Shown here piece by piece: positions 36,811 to 50,365 of a stretch of DNA of 64,000 nucleotides. The notes under the pieces are model-generated. The model was not told the origin of the DNA. It did no database searches and was given only the letters and a program-made list of their open reading frames with translations. The translations under genes and the position numbers were made by a program. Source of the DNA: Camelus dromedarius (Eukaryota); assembly GCF_036321535.1 (NCBI RefSeq), contig NC_087438.1:23560001-23624000 (forward strand), read 5' to 3'. The first letter of the stretch is position 1; every line of letters starts with the position of its first letter.

Positions 36811-37184
36811 GAGTAATTGATGCCTAAAATCCGTAATTAAATCTTTATTCCTTTGGCTAAAGGTAAATAAGGAATCTGCTTCCTGAAAAATAATTAAAAT
36901 GACTTTGAAAGAAGTATCTTAGTAAGTTTTTCAATCTGTATGAATGAGTGGGTCTCCATTCCCTTTCTGGGAACAGATGTTGATAAACAGAAGAAAACGA
37001 AGTCAGAGCCTCAATGACCAAGTGGAGAGGCATTCACCAAGACATTAATAGTCCCATTCCAATGATATTATTTCTCTTTCTTATTTTCTTGTCTATTCTA
37101 AATCTCCTAAAGTGATTAGTTTTTATCATTACAATTTTTAACTAAAAAAGAAGTATCCATCCAACAAAAATAGCTACAAAAGGG

Positions 37185-40100
37185 GCTTCTGGTTTCTGAT
37201 TCTGCATATAAAGAGCTTAAAAGTCACCACTCCATCCTAACAACATATGAAAAGCTGAACAGAATGAAAAAATGAACAACTCTTCTTGGATCCATAAGAG
37301 AAGGGAGGATAGAGAGCAAACCACTGCCCCCAAGACAGAAGAGACAGACAGACAAACACAGGAAGGAGCGGCTTACAAGAACAGAGGCTCACGAATGGAA
37401 TCCACCTTGGGAACCTGTGCCCAGGCAGAAAAAGCTTGAGCTGTGATTGATGAATTGCTGGAGGCTCCACGTGGACAACTCTGAGAGTTAACTCCAGGGG
37501 GACCCGACTATAAGGGGCCTCGGGCCTCTGCAACATTGTGAGATTTACATCCAGGAGCTCAACCAAATTCCCACGGTAAAAATCAGAGAAAAATCCCCTC
37601 GTGCTTCCATCAGGGGGAGGGAGAAAGGAACCATTTGGAAATATGCCAGAGTACTCTGCTTTTAACAAGGCCTGCCATCAGGGGGATGGTAAACCAGAGC
37701 CCAACCTGCTAGGTACTGTCAGAGCCTAACTGACCTTAGGGAAGGGAAATGCCCAACTCTTAACAGCTCTAGACTTCCACATGGCAGAAAGGAGTACTCA
37801 ACTCCAGCCCTCTCTCGTCATTCTGTCCCACTGAAGTGGGGGAAAAACACTGAAAAACATTTGTGAAGTTTCCAATCCTAGAATAGGCTCACTCAAACCC
37901 TGAGGCCTGAGAGTTGGACTGCAGAACACTTCCCCTTCTCTGACACCTCACCACGGCATTACTAAAGGCCTACTCATTGCAGCTCCTTTCACTCAGTACA
38001 TCATGTCCGCCTATCAGGAAAAAGTTACCTCCCAAAATAAAACTACATGAGGAGATGGATCTGTTAATTAATTTAACTATAGTAATCATTTCACTATGTA
38101 CATCAAGACATCATGTTGTACACCTTAAACATACACAATTTTTATTTTTTAAAATTACAATGCATACCAAAAGGCAAAAAACACCATTTAAAGAGACAGA
38201 GCAAGCATCAGAACCAGACATGGCAGAGATGTTGGAACTATCAGACCAGGGATTTTAAACAGCCATGATTAATATGCTAAGAGTTGTAATAGATAAAGAA
38301 GACAGCATGCAAAAACAGATGGGCAATGTAAGCAGAGAGATGGAAATTTGAAAGAATCAAAAAACAATACTAAATATCAAAAACACTTAACAGAAATAAA
38401 GAACGACTTTGATGGGCTTATTGTAGTAGATTGGACATTGCTAAGGAAAAAAATCTCTTGAGCTTGAGGATATATCAATAGAAACATCTAAAGCTGAAAA
38501 TCAGAGAGAACAAAGACTGAAAAAGAACTTAGAATATCCGAAAACTCTTGGGACAACTCTAAGATATCTAACATACATAATGGGAATAGCAGAAGGGGAA
38601 GGGGGAAAAAAGGAAAAGGAACAGAAGAAATATTTAAAACAATAATGACTGAGAATTTCCCCCAGTTAATATCAGACACCAAACCACAGATCCAGGAAGC
38701 TCAGAGAGTATGTAGGATAAATGCCCCCCAAAACCCACTACATCTTGGCATATTAAAAAACACCTGATAAACACTATTCACAAAAAAAACCTATAGCTAA
38801 CATCATACTTAATGGTGAGAAATTTTAAGCTTTCCCACTGAGATTACATATAAGGCAAGTATCTCCTCTTTCACCACCCCTTTTCAACATCTTACTGGAA
38901 GGTCTAGCTAATGCAAAAAAAAAAAAAAAAAAGAAAGAAAGAAAAGGTATACAGATTGAGAGAGAGGAAATAAAACTGTATTGGTTTGCAAATGATAGAA
39001 TTGGCTATGTAAAAATTCTTAAAGAATAAAAGAAAAAAGCCTCCTGGAATTAATATGATTATAGCAAGACTGTAGGAAACAATTTAATATACAAAAGTCA
39101 ATCATTTTCTTATAAACTGGCAATGAACAAACAGAATTGGAAATTAAAAACACAATACCATTTACATTAGCACCCTCAAAATGAAATACTTAGGTATAAA
39201 TCTAACAAAATACACACAAAATCTATATGAAGAAGACTACAAAATCTTGATGAACAAAATCCAAGAAGAAACAAGTAGAGAGATATTCAATGTTCATGGA
39301 TAGGAAGACTCAACATTGCCAAGATATCTGTTCTTCTATCTTGATCCATAGATTCAATGCAATCTCAATTAAAATCTCAGCAAGTCCTTTTTGTGGATAT
39401 CAACAAATCNNNNNNNNNNNNNNNNNNNNNNNNNNNNNNNNNNNNNNNNNNNNNNNNNNNNNNNNNNNNNNNNNNNNNNNNNNNNNNNNNNNNNNNNNNN
39501 NNNNNNNNNNNNNNNNNNNNNNNNNNNNNNNNNNNNNNNNNNNNNNNNNNNNNNNNNNNAAACAAATTGGTTGATGGAACAAAATATAGAACCCAAAAAT
39601 CTACCCAGATAAAGATAGTTAAACGATCTTTGACAAAGGAGCAAAGGTAATCTTTTCAACAAGTGGTACTGCTGGACNNNNNNNNNNNNNNNNNNNNNNN
39701 NNNNNNNNNNNNNNNNNNNNNNNNNNNNNNNNNNNNNNNNNNNNNNNNNNNNNNNNNNNNNNNNNNNNNNNNNNNNNNNNNNNNNNNNNNNNNNNNNNNN
39801 NNNNNNNNNNNNNNNNNNNNNCAAAGGCACGATCCAAGAAATAACTGATAACCTGGTCTTCAATAAAACTAAAAACTATGCTTTGGAGAAAAACAATGTC
39901 AAGAAAATAAGAAAACAAGTCACAGACTGGGAGAAAACATTGCAAAAGACATATCTAATATNNNNNNNNNNNNNNNNNNNNNNNNNNNNNNNNNNNNNNN
40001 NNNNNNNNNNNNNNNNNNNNNNNNNNNNNNNNNNNNNNNNNNNNNNNNNNNNNNNNNNNNNNNNNNNNNNNNNNNNNNNNNNNNNNNNNNNNNNNNNNNN

Positions 40101-41069
40101 NNNNNNNNNNNNNNNNNNNNNNNNNNNNNNNNNNNNNNNNNNNNNNNNNNNNNNNNNNNNNNNNNNNNNNNNNNNNNNNNNNNNNNNNNNNNNNNNNNNN
40201 NNNNNNNNNNNNNNNNNNNNNNNNNNNNNNNNNNNNNNNNNNNNNNNNNNNNNNNNNNNNNNNNNNNNNNNNGACCGTTAGGTGGCTTCTTACAATACTA
40301 GACATACTTTTACCACGCAATCCAGCAATCACACACTTTGGGTTTTTTCACCCAAAGGGGTTGAGGATTTATGTTTGCACAAAAGTCTGCACTTAGATAT
40401 TTATAGCAGTTTTATTCATAATTGCCAAAGCTTGTAAATAACCAAGATGTACTTCAGTAGGCGAATGGATAGATGAACTGTGGTCCATTCACACAGTGGA
40501 ATATTACTCAGCCCCCAAAAATGAGCTATCAATCTATGAAAAGACATGGACTAAACTTAAATGCATATTACTAAGTGAAAAAAAAAACAACCAGAAAAGG
40601 CTACATACTCTACAATTCCAACTATATGACATTCTGGAAAAGGTAAAACTATGGAGACAATAATAAAATCAGTGGTTTCCAGAGATATTGGGGGTCAGCA
40701 GGGGGAAGGGGTAGGGGGAAGGTTAAATAGGTGGAGCACAGAGGATTTTTAGGGCAGTGAAAATACTCTGTATGATAATATAATGATGGGCACATGTACA
40801 TGTCATTATACGTTTGTCCAAATTCATGGAATGTGTAACACCAACAATGAACCCTANNNNNNNNNNNNNNNNNNNNNNNNNNNNNNNNNNNNNNNNNNNN
40901 NNNNNNNNNNNNNNNNNNNNNNNNNNNNNNNNNNNNNNNNNNNNNNNNNNNNNNNNNNNNNNNNNNNNNNNNNNNNNNNNNNNNNNNNNNNNNNNNNNNN
41001 NNNNNNNNNNNNNNNNNNNNNNNNNNNNNNNNNNACTGCTCTTTAAAAATGAAACTGTAAAAAAAAAAA
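37185..41069 (+). mobile_element. L1MC1-like element with 5' UTR, decayed ORF1, large internal deletion, ORF2 RT/3' part, 3' UTR and poly-A
   Basis: 5' end ggggcttctggtttctg; ORF1 remnants 38160-38755; ORF2 motifs tagctaacatcatacttaatggtga and tgttcatggataggaagactcaa; L1MC1 3' UTR cagaggatttttagggcagtgaaatactctgtatgata; four internal N blocks. Confidence 0.88.
38029..38150 (+). mobile_element. L1MA-like tail nested in the L1MC element
   Basis: tgaggagatggatctgttaat...gtaatcatttcactatgtacatcaagacatcatgttgtacaccttaaa; flanked by aaaaagttac / aaaattac. Confidence 0.75.
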
Positions 41070-41074
41070 GTACA

Positions 41075-41240
41075 GCATCTGTCAGGTATAAATCTTCAGT
41101 TCTGCAAGATGAAAAGAGTTCTGTAAATGGATGCATTCCATCCACACTATGAATGTACTTAATGTCACAGAACTGTACATGTAAAAATAGTTAAGACAAT
41201 AAATTTTGTATTATGTGTATTTTCCACAATATTTTTTGTT
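41075..41240 (+). mobile_element. L1MB-like 3' tail
   Basis: ttcagttctgcaagatgaaaagagttctg...atgaatgtacttaatgtcacagaactgtaca...aattttgtattatgtgtatttt. Confidence 0.8.
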
Positions 41241-42321
41241 ACCACAGTATTTTAAAGAACTGCAAAAAAGAGAAACAAAATATCCATGGTCCTTAAAATG
41301 ATAACACTGTCAAGTAAAATTATGTTGCAGAATAGATATCCTTTGTCATTCCTTTCAATAGCAAATTCTATGTGGTTTTAATTCTAGACTCTGAGCAGCC
41401 ATCTCCTTGCACAAGAGCTACTACCATATCTATTTAGAACAGAGATGCCAAAACCTGGTCTACACGTTGCCACCTGCCTCACCTACATGGTCCTGTATCG
41501 TGTTTATAGCAAACACTGCTGCTTGTTCTTGGCACACTATCCATACCTTCTACTCACCTTACAGACCCTCTCACCGGCACTCCAGGCATCCTCTACCAAT
41601 TAATCAAACTTGACAACGTGAGATGAAATTTATTCACCATTGTGATCTAGAGATAACCCCTAAGGTGTTCTATTAACTTGTCTGGAAAACATTACAGCAG
41701 GTCAGAAGACTGAGCAAAACTAAATGGCAGAATTCTTTTTAATATTCTAAGAAAGAAATGGAGACAGTTCCCATATGTGCTTGCATGCATGCGTAATGAA
41801 GTATAAGCACATGAATGAAAAATGAGATCCCTCTCTTCCAGGGTTCTCGGAAAGGGGCCACTAGGCTGTGTTTCAACCCTTTGCATAATGAGAATTCTGT
41901 CTTAAAGACAGGGCTGCACTACTCTTAAGAACTGAGCTAGCACTGGATATGTTTCCACTGGCTTTGATTTATTTTGTGCACCTACAATTTGAAGTGCATT
42001 AAGATAAACCCCACCACATGTGATACATATATGAATAAGGCTTGTATTTTGCCTTCCAGGTCACAGATATGAATAACTCTAATACAAAATGGGCAGTGAG
42101 AAGGAAGAGATCCCAGGCTGTGGAGGTACTAATGAGAAAGCAATTGATTCCATCTGGGAAGGTTTCATAAAGGAGGTGTCTGTGATCCAGGGCTTGGAGA
42201 GTGAGTAGTACTTCACAGTTTGGGAACAGAATCTTTTAGGCAGCTGAAACGACTTTGTACAAAGCCCAGATATGGAAGGTTGCAGGCATAGCAGGGATTC
42301 CAGAACACATAAGCTGTTCTT

Positions 42322-42502
42322 TTTTTTTTTTCTTTTATGGAAGTATAGTCGGTTTACAATGCTGTATTAATTTCTAGTGTACAGCATGGTGATTCAGAAA
42401 TATATATAGATACATCGATATAGATACTACTTTTCATTATAGGCTATTTAAAGATATTGAATATAGCTCCCTGTGCTATACAGTAAGACCTTGTTGTTAC
42501 AT
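42322..42502 (-). mobile_element. 5'-truncated L1 tail with perfect 13-bp TSD
   Basis: Poly-T, then gaagtatagtcggtttacaatg...gctccctgtgctatacagtaagaccttgttg. TSD ataagctgttctt at 42309-42321 and 42503-42515. Confidence 0.92.
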
Positions 42503-43439
42503 ATAAGCTGTTCTTGATTGAATCTTCTGTTCCAATTCTTCTTTGCCCTTTTAAGAACAGTTTTTGCCACTTATCTTTTTGTCCAGTGACATTTCAGGCT
42601 CTACAGCTTGCCCATTTTGAATTTAGGCTCAATGCAGTCATTCTTTGGCAAACTTTCCAATAATCAGTCTATTGAACACTAAGAAAGGTCATGTTCTTGA
42701 TACTTGGATTGGCGCTTGGTAGACAGCAGAGAAGTTTCCACAGCTTTAAGAACCATGCTCCCTTTAGTTTTCATTCTTCTCCTTCAGGGAGTTTGAAGTG
42801 AGAATAGGCTGCTGATGGGTGAACCACGGTCTTTACGAAAGGAAAGCCTGCTGCCAAGTAGTTCACAACCTGGCGTGTGCTCTAGACGTACACATGTGTC
42901 ATCTACAGAGCCTCCTCCACAGCTTGTCAGAGCTCCATCACTGTGGCCATCAGGATGACAAATTAGGGTCTATTTTTCCATGTGAATTCTCAGTAACTGA
43001 ACTCAGAATTATCTGACTCCTAGTAGTAGCATGGACCTATTAAATACATAAAACTGAGAAGAAGACAGACCAAAAGTACCCGTTTTCTTTGTCTACCCTA
43101 TACTTTGTATCCTGTTTAACCCCAAGCAGGTCTTGCCAATGCTGAGTGCTGTCTTTCCAGAAGCTAGTGCAGCACTACACACACTGAGCTACTGGGGAAA
43201 AAAATGGCTTTTTTAGGATGTTGATGATGATTGATTGTTTTGAAGATGCACATATAACCTTCAACCCTTTCTGCTGAAGGGAAAAAATAGGGTTGAGTGG
43301 TCCCTTCACCAAGAGAAATATTATTAAGAAGCAGCTGACCATCAAACGTTGCTCTAGGAAAGCAGCTGGCTGGGCTTCGTCTGAATCCAGTATTGGATTT
43401 TAGTTTACCTTCACACGAACCTCATCTGAGATCATCAGT

Positions 43440-43595
43440 TTCATCTACCCAATCAAGAAGTCTTTATTAGGTGTTTCCCATGCACCAGCTTCTCCTTAAG
43501 AGCCCTGAGCATGTAACACTGAACAAATGAGACATTCCTGCCCTTGTGAAGTTCAAAGTCTAATGAAGAACACAGAGAATGAAATAAGCAATATT
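43440..43595 (-). mobile_element. L2 fragment
   Basis: tttattaggtgtttcccatgcaccag...cattcctgcccttgtgaagttcaaagtctaatg. Confidence 0.6.
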
Positions 43596-43767
43596 TGAGT
43601 CACTTTTTACATTTGATGAGAGTCCAGACTCTGTGAAGTTGGAATTAACTTGTTGAAGATTGAAAAGTTGAAAAAGATTAACTAAACTTTCATATATGTG
43701 AAAATCATGTTTTCAACTTTTTGAAAATGACACTGTGACAGTGAAAATCACCTAGGGGAGGGAAGGC

Positions 43768-45842
43768 AAAGTTACAGGACACAAGATCAATACAGAAAAA
43801 TTAACTGTATTTCTATACTAGAAACAGACAATCCAAAAATGAAACAAAGAAAACAAGTCTATATCCAGTATCATCAAAAAGAATCAAATAATTACAAATC
43901 AATTTTTAAATAGATGTGCAAGAATTATACCCTGAAACCTATAAAATATCACTACATCACTGAGATAAATTAAAAATTTCTAAATAGTTCGAAAACATAC
44001 AATGCTCAAGGACTGAAGATATAGTTCGGGGACACTTCCCAAATTTATCTACAGATTCAACACAATCCCTATCAAAACTTCAGGTGACTTTTTTTTTTTT
44101 TAAGAAATTATTGAGATTATCCTAAAATTTATATTACAATGAAAACTACCTACCATAGCCAAAATAACTTTCACAAAAAAGAACCAAGTTGGAAATTCAC
44201 TACCTAATTTCAAAACTTACCGTAAAGCTACAGTAACCAAGACAGTGTGTGGTACTGGCATAGGGAGAGGTGTCCAGATCAACAGAAGAGAACAGAGAGT
44301 TCAGAAATCAACCCTTACTCTTAGGTCAATTAATTTTTAATGAAGTTGCCAAACAACTTAATTGGGACAGGAGAGAGAAAATGGGAAAGGAACTGGAGCT
44401 GAGACAACTGGACCCACGTGGAAAAGAATGAAGGTGGACACCTACCTCACACCATGTATCGAACTAAACTCATCATAGATCAGACACCTAAATGTAAGAG
44501 CTAAAACGATGAAAACTATGAGGAGACAATCACGTGACCTTGGATAAGGCAAAAGCACAGCTCAGGAGAGAAAACAACTGATAAACTGAACTTCACCAAA
44601 ATTAAACCTTTTATCTTCAAAAGATATCCTTTCAAAAATGAAAAAGCATGACACACACAGGGAGAAAATATGTGCAAAACATGTATCTGATAAAAGACTT
44701 GTATTTGGAGGGGAGGGTGTAGCTGAGAGGTAGAGTGGGCGCTCAGCATGCAGGAGGTCCTGAGTTCAATTCCCAGTACTCTGTTAAAATAAATAAATAA
44801 ATAGGCCTACTTACCTCCCCCACAAAACAAAATAAAATAAAATGAAAAGTAAACAAAATTAAATTTAAAAGACTTATACTTAATGTGCATATGTATGTGT
44901 ATAATACACATACATATATATACACGTAAGAATATATATATTCTTACAACTCAACTCAGTAAGAAGACATTCTTACAACTCAGTAAGACAAGCCAATTAC
45001 AAAATGGGCAAAAGATCTGAACACACATTTCAACAAAGATAGGAGTTCCTACTAAGTTCATGAAAAATGTTCAGTATCATTAATTATTAGGGAAATGCAA
45101 ATTAAAACCATAATTATACACCACTACCTACCCATTTGAATGCTTACAATCTATCTAAAGGACCAGCAATGCCAAGGTTGGCTGGGACCTGGAGAAACCA
45201 AAACCCTCATATATTGCTAGTGAAAATGTAAAATGGTACAATCATCTTGGAAAACAATTGGCCGTTTCTTGAAAGATTAAATATATACTTTTCACACAGC
45301 CAAGCAATTCCACCCCTAGGTATCTACTCAGGAGAAATGAAAGCATATAGTCACACAAGGATTTGTATGCAAATATTTATAATAGAATTATTCACAAGAG
45401 CTCAAAACTGGAACAATTCAAAAGTCCGTCAGTGGGTGAACAGATAAACCCACTACGGCACATCAATACGAAGAAATACTGTTCAGCAATGGAAAGAACT
45501 ACTCATAAATGCAACATGGATGAACCTCAAAAATATTATGCTAAATTTAAAAAGCCAGACACAAAAGACTACATCTTATATGATTCCACCATTTCTTTAA
45601 ACTGTAAATCTCTTAGAGAAGAGAACAGTACATGCCTGGGGCTTAGATGGGAATGGGAATTGACTGCAAATAGGCATGAGTGAACTTCTGCAGGGGCAGG
45701 TGGTGATAGACATATTCTAAAAATGTATTATGTTGATGATTCCACAACTGCATAAATTTACTAGAAATCTTTGAACTGTACACTTACAGTGAGTGAGATT
45801 TATGGCATGTATATGATACTTATAAAGCTATTTCCTAAAAAA
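43768..45842 (+). mobile_element. L1M (MD/ME-like) ORF2 3' half and 3' UTR, interrupted by a SINE
   Basis: ggacacaagatcaatacagaaaa, aatttatctacagattcaacacaatccctatcaaaa, aaagctacagtaaccaagacagtg, gcaattccacccctaggtatctac, ataaagcta tail. Confidence 0.88.
44707..44866 (+). mobile_element. tRNA-Ala-derived camelid SINE (Vic-1-like)
   Basis: ggggagggtgtagctgagaggtagagtgg...gaggtcctgagttcaattcccagtac with an A-rich tail. TSD aaaagacttgtattt (44692-44706) / aaaagacttatactt (44867-44881). Confidence 0.88.
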
Positions 45843-47594
45843 TTAATTTCCTTTTTTTGGGTTAGTAGTTCTCCAGAGAGGGTGGATGGGGATGAGAGGT
45901 GGGGACAGAGGAAGACAGGAGGCAGCATATTAGAATTATCTAAGAAGTTTCTTTTTAACATACATATATTTGTTCTTCCCTACACTATAACACCAGAAAT
46001 CTAAGATTATCATCATTCATTATGGGGAGGCTATATATAGTTTTAAAAGACTCCCCCAGATGACTCTGATATGCATTACCCACATATATATACCTCTGAG
46101 AATCTCCTCTCAATCAGATTGGGTTCCAGGAGTCCATATTTTCAACTAGCAGAACAGGTGATTTTTGTGATCAGACAAGTTTAAGAAATTCTGCCCACAT
46201 TCTACAATGCTGGGAACCTTCAGCATGGTGGCAGGGCACAGCGGCATGAATATTACTCTGGGAAGACCTGTTTTCTGGCCCTCTTTTAATCACATTTATC
46301 CAGTCCACCTCCCGTGCCACCAGGGACAGCAAATACCTACCTAATTTTAATGAATTAAACCAATAATGAAGACTCCCAACTCTCGCACCTTTGGTGGGGA
46401 TTCCGGTCCAGTGAACGGAATCCCTCTGAGCTCTGAGCTCAGTACCCAAAGGGCCAACCATTTTGTTACGATTATGACCTAATCATACTCATGACACGTT
46501 CTAGCTCTGAGAGAATCTGCTACATTTTGCCTAATTGTGGTCCTCTATGGTTGAAAAGTGCTCTGGGTCTTACCAATTTAGTGATTATGAGACCATGAGA
46601 CCATACTTCCCCTTTAAAAAAGTAATGTCTGTAACTCTGAAGCATTTGATCTTTCCTTAGTCAGTAGAAGTTTCCCTTCCCTGGAAGAATGTAGGAAACA
46701 TAAAGAAATATGTAGCCCTCGCAGTCACCTCCTACTGCTTTATTTTCCTGATTGTCAAGTTTGCGGAAAAAAAAAAAAAGTCAGGCTGCTAGAGATGAAG
46801 GCTAAAGGTTCTTACTGTTTTCAGAAAAAGGAGAGCTCTGTAGGAGAGAGAACATGGGGACTTCAACAAAATTAAAGTGCTGCCCATCAAAGGGTCACTG
46901 CCAGCTCTCTGCCTGTCAACAAGGTTCCCATCTAGCAACCTGTCTGCAGTCCCTACCGCTGTTCAGCCTTGTGGACAAACCCTTAAGCGTTCCCATGAAG
47001 GCTGCTTCATGATGAGAACATACTTTTTAAGAGAAGAAAGTAACTGTGGCATTTTAATTACCACATATGTAAGGGTGCTTTGGTGGTGACATGAGTCATC
47101 AGGACCAGGAATTGAATGGTGGCAAGTCAACAGGACCCCCCGGTTGTGGCCCACCCTTAGCAAGGCCTGTTTTCTGGTTTCCACATCAGCTGCCCACAAT
47201 CAGCCCTCCCAGTGTCCTGGTCCCTGGGGGCCCTCAGGCAGAACCACTTCCAGGAATCATTACTACATCACTTTGTGGGGATACAGAAGAGTCTCCCATG
47301 TAGAAAAGAGAGATCATTTTTTTTCAACATTTTACAAAGACACTGGGAAGTAGGATAGGAAATAGAGCTGTTTTCTTCTGACTTTTTTTTCTGACATTAA
47401 AACTTTTATTCTAACTGTATTCCATAAGTTCACAAAGTTAGACACATGGGAAATATAAAAAAGACCCAATCTAACTTTAAGAGATGAAAACTACAGTGTC
47501 TGAAAGGAAATGTACTGCAAGGGGTTAACAGCGAGTGGTTAGAAAATGCAGAAGAAAAAATGTTGATAGAAATTTTATTGGTCTTCTGACTACC

Positions 47595-47735
47595 ACATGA
47601 ATTAAACACTTACTGAGCACCTACCATGTGTGAGGGTGTGCTCCCGCGTGAGACCACTGAAGACAAACAGAACCCAGGCCCTGCCACCACGGAGCTCCCA
47701 GCCCCACTCAACGGGAGGGAACAGGCAACTCTTAG
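47595..47735 (-). mobile_element. L2 fragment
   Basis: aaacacttactgagcacctaccatgtg...caggccctgccaccacggagctcccag. Confidence 0.65.
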
Positions 47736-49519
47736 TCACCCTGAATCAAGATGATCTCATAAGGATGCCAATTAATTCCAGAGCAGATGGGCACCCCGTC
47801 CCTGCCTTCATCATCAGCTAACGGCTGTGAAGCGTGCCCCGGCCCTCACACTGCAGTCTGTTCTGGGACACGGACACCTACCCACGGATGGCTCCTTCTG
47901 AACAGCCAGCAGTGGTTCCTGTCACTTAACTGAACTTGGAAGAATGTACCTCATCCAATTAAAACAAACAAGCAACTTCAGGAGAGGCCTGGATATCCCT
48001 TTCTCTCTCTCTCTTTCATATACATACGTCCAATTAAAAAAAAGTGATCAATGCATCATAGCGAGTGACCCCTGGGCTGGTTTGAAGATATACCAAGAAG
48101 GAAGGAAGAGGGTGGGAAAGAGAGAGGAGATGGCGGGGGGAGGGAGGAGAGGGGAGGAAGGAAAAGCAGGATGGCTAAAATATACTCGGTAGAGGTACAC
48201 AGAAGAAACAAATGTTGTCTTTTTCTCCATAGTTCCATGGGATTTCACTTCCAGGGAGTCCAGCCGAGCTGGTGGGGAAAGGAATGGGGCATGATTAGGA
48301 GAAAACCTGGAAGTAGGTGCACCAGGCAACAATTCTGAATTTCTCCAGTTGTGAGAGGATCCTTGGATTACAGCCTTAGAGAGAGAGGGGCTATTTAAGA
48401 GACGGAGGTGACACTCACCATAAGCAAACCTATTCCACAGAAACCCCACTTAACATTTGCAGAACCTTCCGGGTTTCTAAAGCCCAGCCACACACATTCT
48501 CCTTTGTTCCCCCAGCAATACTGACAGAGGGGCAGGCAGGCATCACCACCCTTTTTGTACAGAGGCAGCAGCTGAGCTTCCTCCAGGTCCCCTGCCTGTT
48601 CCCGCAGCGCTCTGCAGGAGGTTGCCCACTCCCAGGAGCCTAGAGACTCCAGTCTCTCAGAGGGAAGCCCCAGCTCACCAAAAATGTGACTCAGGGCACA
48701 GAAATCTGACTCATGCAGACGCACACACTCGGGACGTGCAGATCCTATAAAAAAAGTGTGGTTTTGCTCTGTGAGTAAAAGATCAGGACCCATGGGAACG
48801 TAAGAGCTCTGACAGGTTGTGGACACTGTGTGAGTTCCCCACCGGACACAAAGGCCACACACGCTCAGCCAGGGGACAGCATGACAGCAGCCGCATCCCG
48901 CACCTGGGGACTCAGATCCCCAGAGAACCAGCTGCTGCGGGACATGGGCCTCGTGAATATGGACAAGGACACATCTGTCATCCTAATGCCAGAGGTGCTG
49001 CCCAAACGTTTTGTCACCACGCTGCCAGTGGACCAAGCCCGAGGAGAGGGGCGGGTGTAACAGCCTACGTTACCCTGTCCATGAGCAGCACGCCCTCCAG
49101 AGCTCCTCTTCATCCCATCAGGGAATCCAGGGGAGGTTTCCCCCACAGGTCTCTCAGGCAGGAAAGCAGAGAGTTAAGAAGTGGCCCCCTGAGGAGGGAA
49201 GCTGCTGGTGGCCACGGGGACCACGGCAGCTGCATGCCCAGCAGGTTTGAAAAGAAATAATGAACATGTTCACAGCAGTGACATTTTGATCGTAACCCTG
49301 TGACAAGGCTCCTGACATCCCATCGCTGGCACACCAGAGCTCTTTACTTTGAAATGACTTTGATGTTCCTGACAAATTGACCGACTCAGGGGAAAGGAGG
49401 TTTTCTGCGTACGCTCTCAAGCCGGCTCTTGGAGGGGAGGGTCTGCTGGACCCTGCGGCCTCCTCCCTGTAACTGGGCACCTCGGTCTTGCCCCTCGTGC
49501 CCTCTGAGGGCTGACACTA

Positions 49520-50365
49520 GGTCCCTGCTGCTTACTGAAGTATTTTTAAGCAAATCCCAGACATCAAGCCATTTCACCCCAATACTACACTTAAATGTAT
49601 GGACATTTTCACACATAACCACTATGCTTTTAGTACACTATGTTTTTAGTAATTTCGGAGTGTTATAAATAATCCAATTTTGCAGCTTTCTCAAAGAAAA
49701 ATCTCTTCACAGTTCACCTGTTCAAATAAGGAGCAGACAAGGTCTCCACTTGGCCCTTGGTTGTGTTGTCTCTTATGTCTGTTTTATTCCGGAGCAGGTC
49801 AACCTGCCTTTCTTTTCTGTGGTTGGCTGGTTGCAGAAACCAGGTCAATTGTCCCATAGACCATCTCATATTCTGGACGTGTCTGTTTGCTTCCTTGTGG
49901 TTTTCTTTAACCTTGTTCTCCTGTAAACCAGTGAAGTGAGCTAGAAACTTGATTAGATTCAGGTATGTGGTGTGTGTGTCTGTATATATATATGTGTGTG
50001 TATGTGTGTGTATACATTCATATACACAGATACATATACACACATACACATATACATCTGAATCAAATCAAGCTCTAGCTCAATATACACATATACATAT
50101 GCATACTGATAAATATATATACATATACGGCTAAATACTGGATATCAGCTACTTATACATATAGGCAAGAGTTTCATATACACACACACACATATAAATA
50201 TAAAAGGCCATATATGTATATGACCAAGAACATGTCATAGGTGGTGCTGTGTTCTTCCCGTTGCATCCCACATGAGCTATCCCTAATATCTATCTGGTTC
50301 TCCCACGTTTGGTGACACGAACATTGATCAGAGGGTTTCCAGACGATCCCCCCACTATAAAGTGT
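49520..50365 (-). mobile_element. L1MC4/5-like 3' UTR interrupted by a TG/TA/CA low-complexity tract (49965-50220)
   Basis: gaagtatttttaagcaaatcccagacatca...gaaaccaggtcaattgtcccataga...aagaacatgtcataggtggtgctgtg. Confidence 0.7.

Noticed and set aside
37237-37668. 143-aa antisense ORF in the L1 5' UTR (ORF0-like idea)
   Set aside because: ORF0 is described for primate L1PA elements; this is an old decayed L1MC and the translation is unremarkable.
48830-49060. Protein-like 76-aa ORF (LLRDMGLVNMDKDTSVILMPEVLPKRFVTTLP)
   Set aside because: No family recognised and no processed-pseudogene hallmarks (poly-A, TSD). A tBLASTn/BLASTp hit would be needed to revive it.
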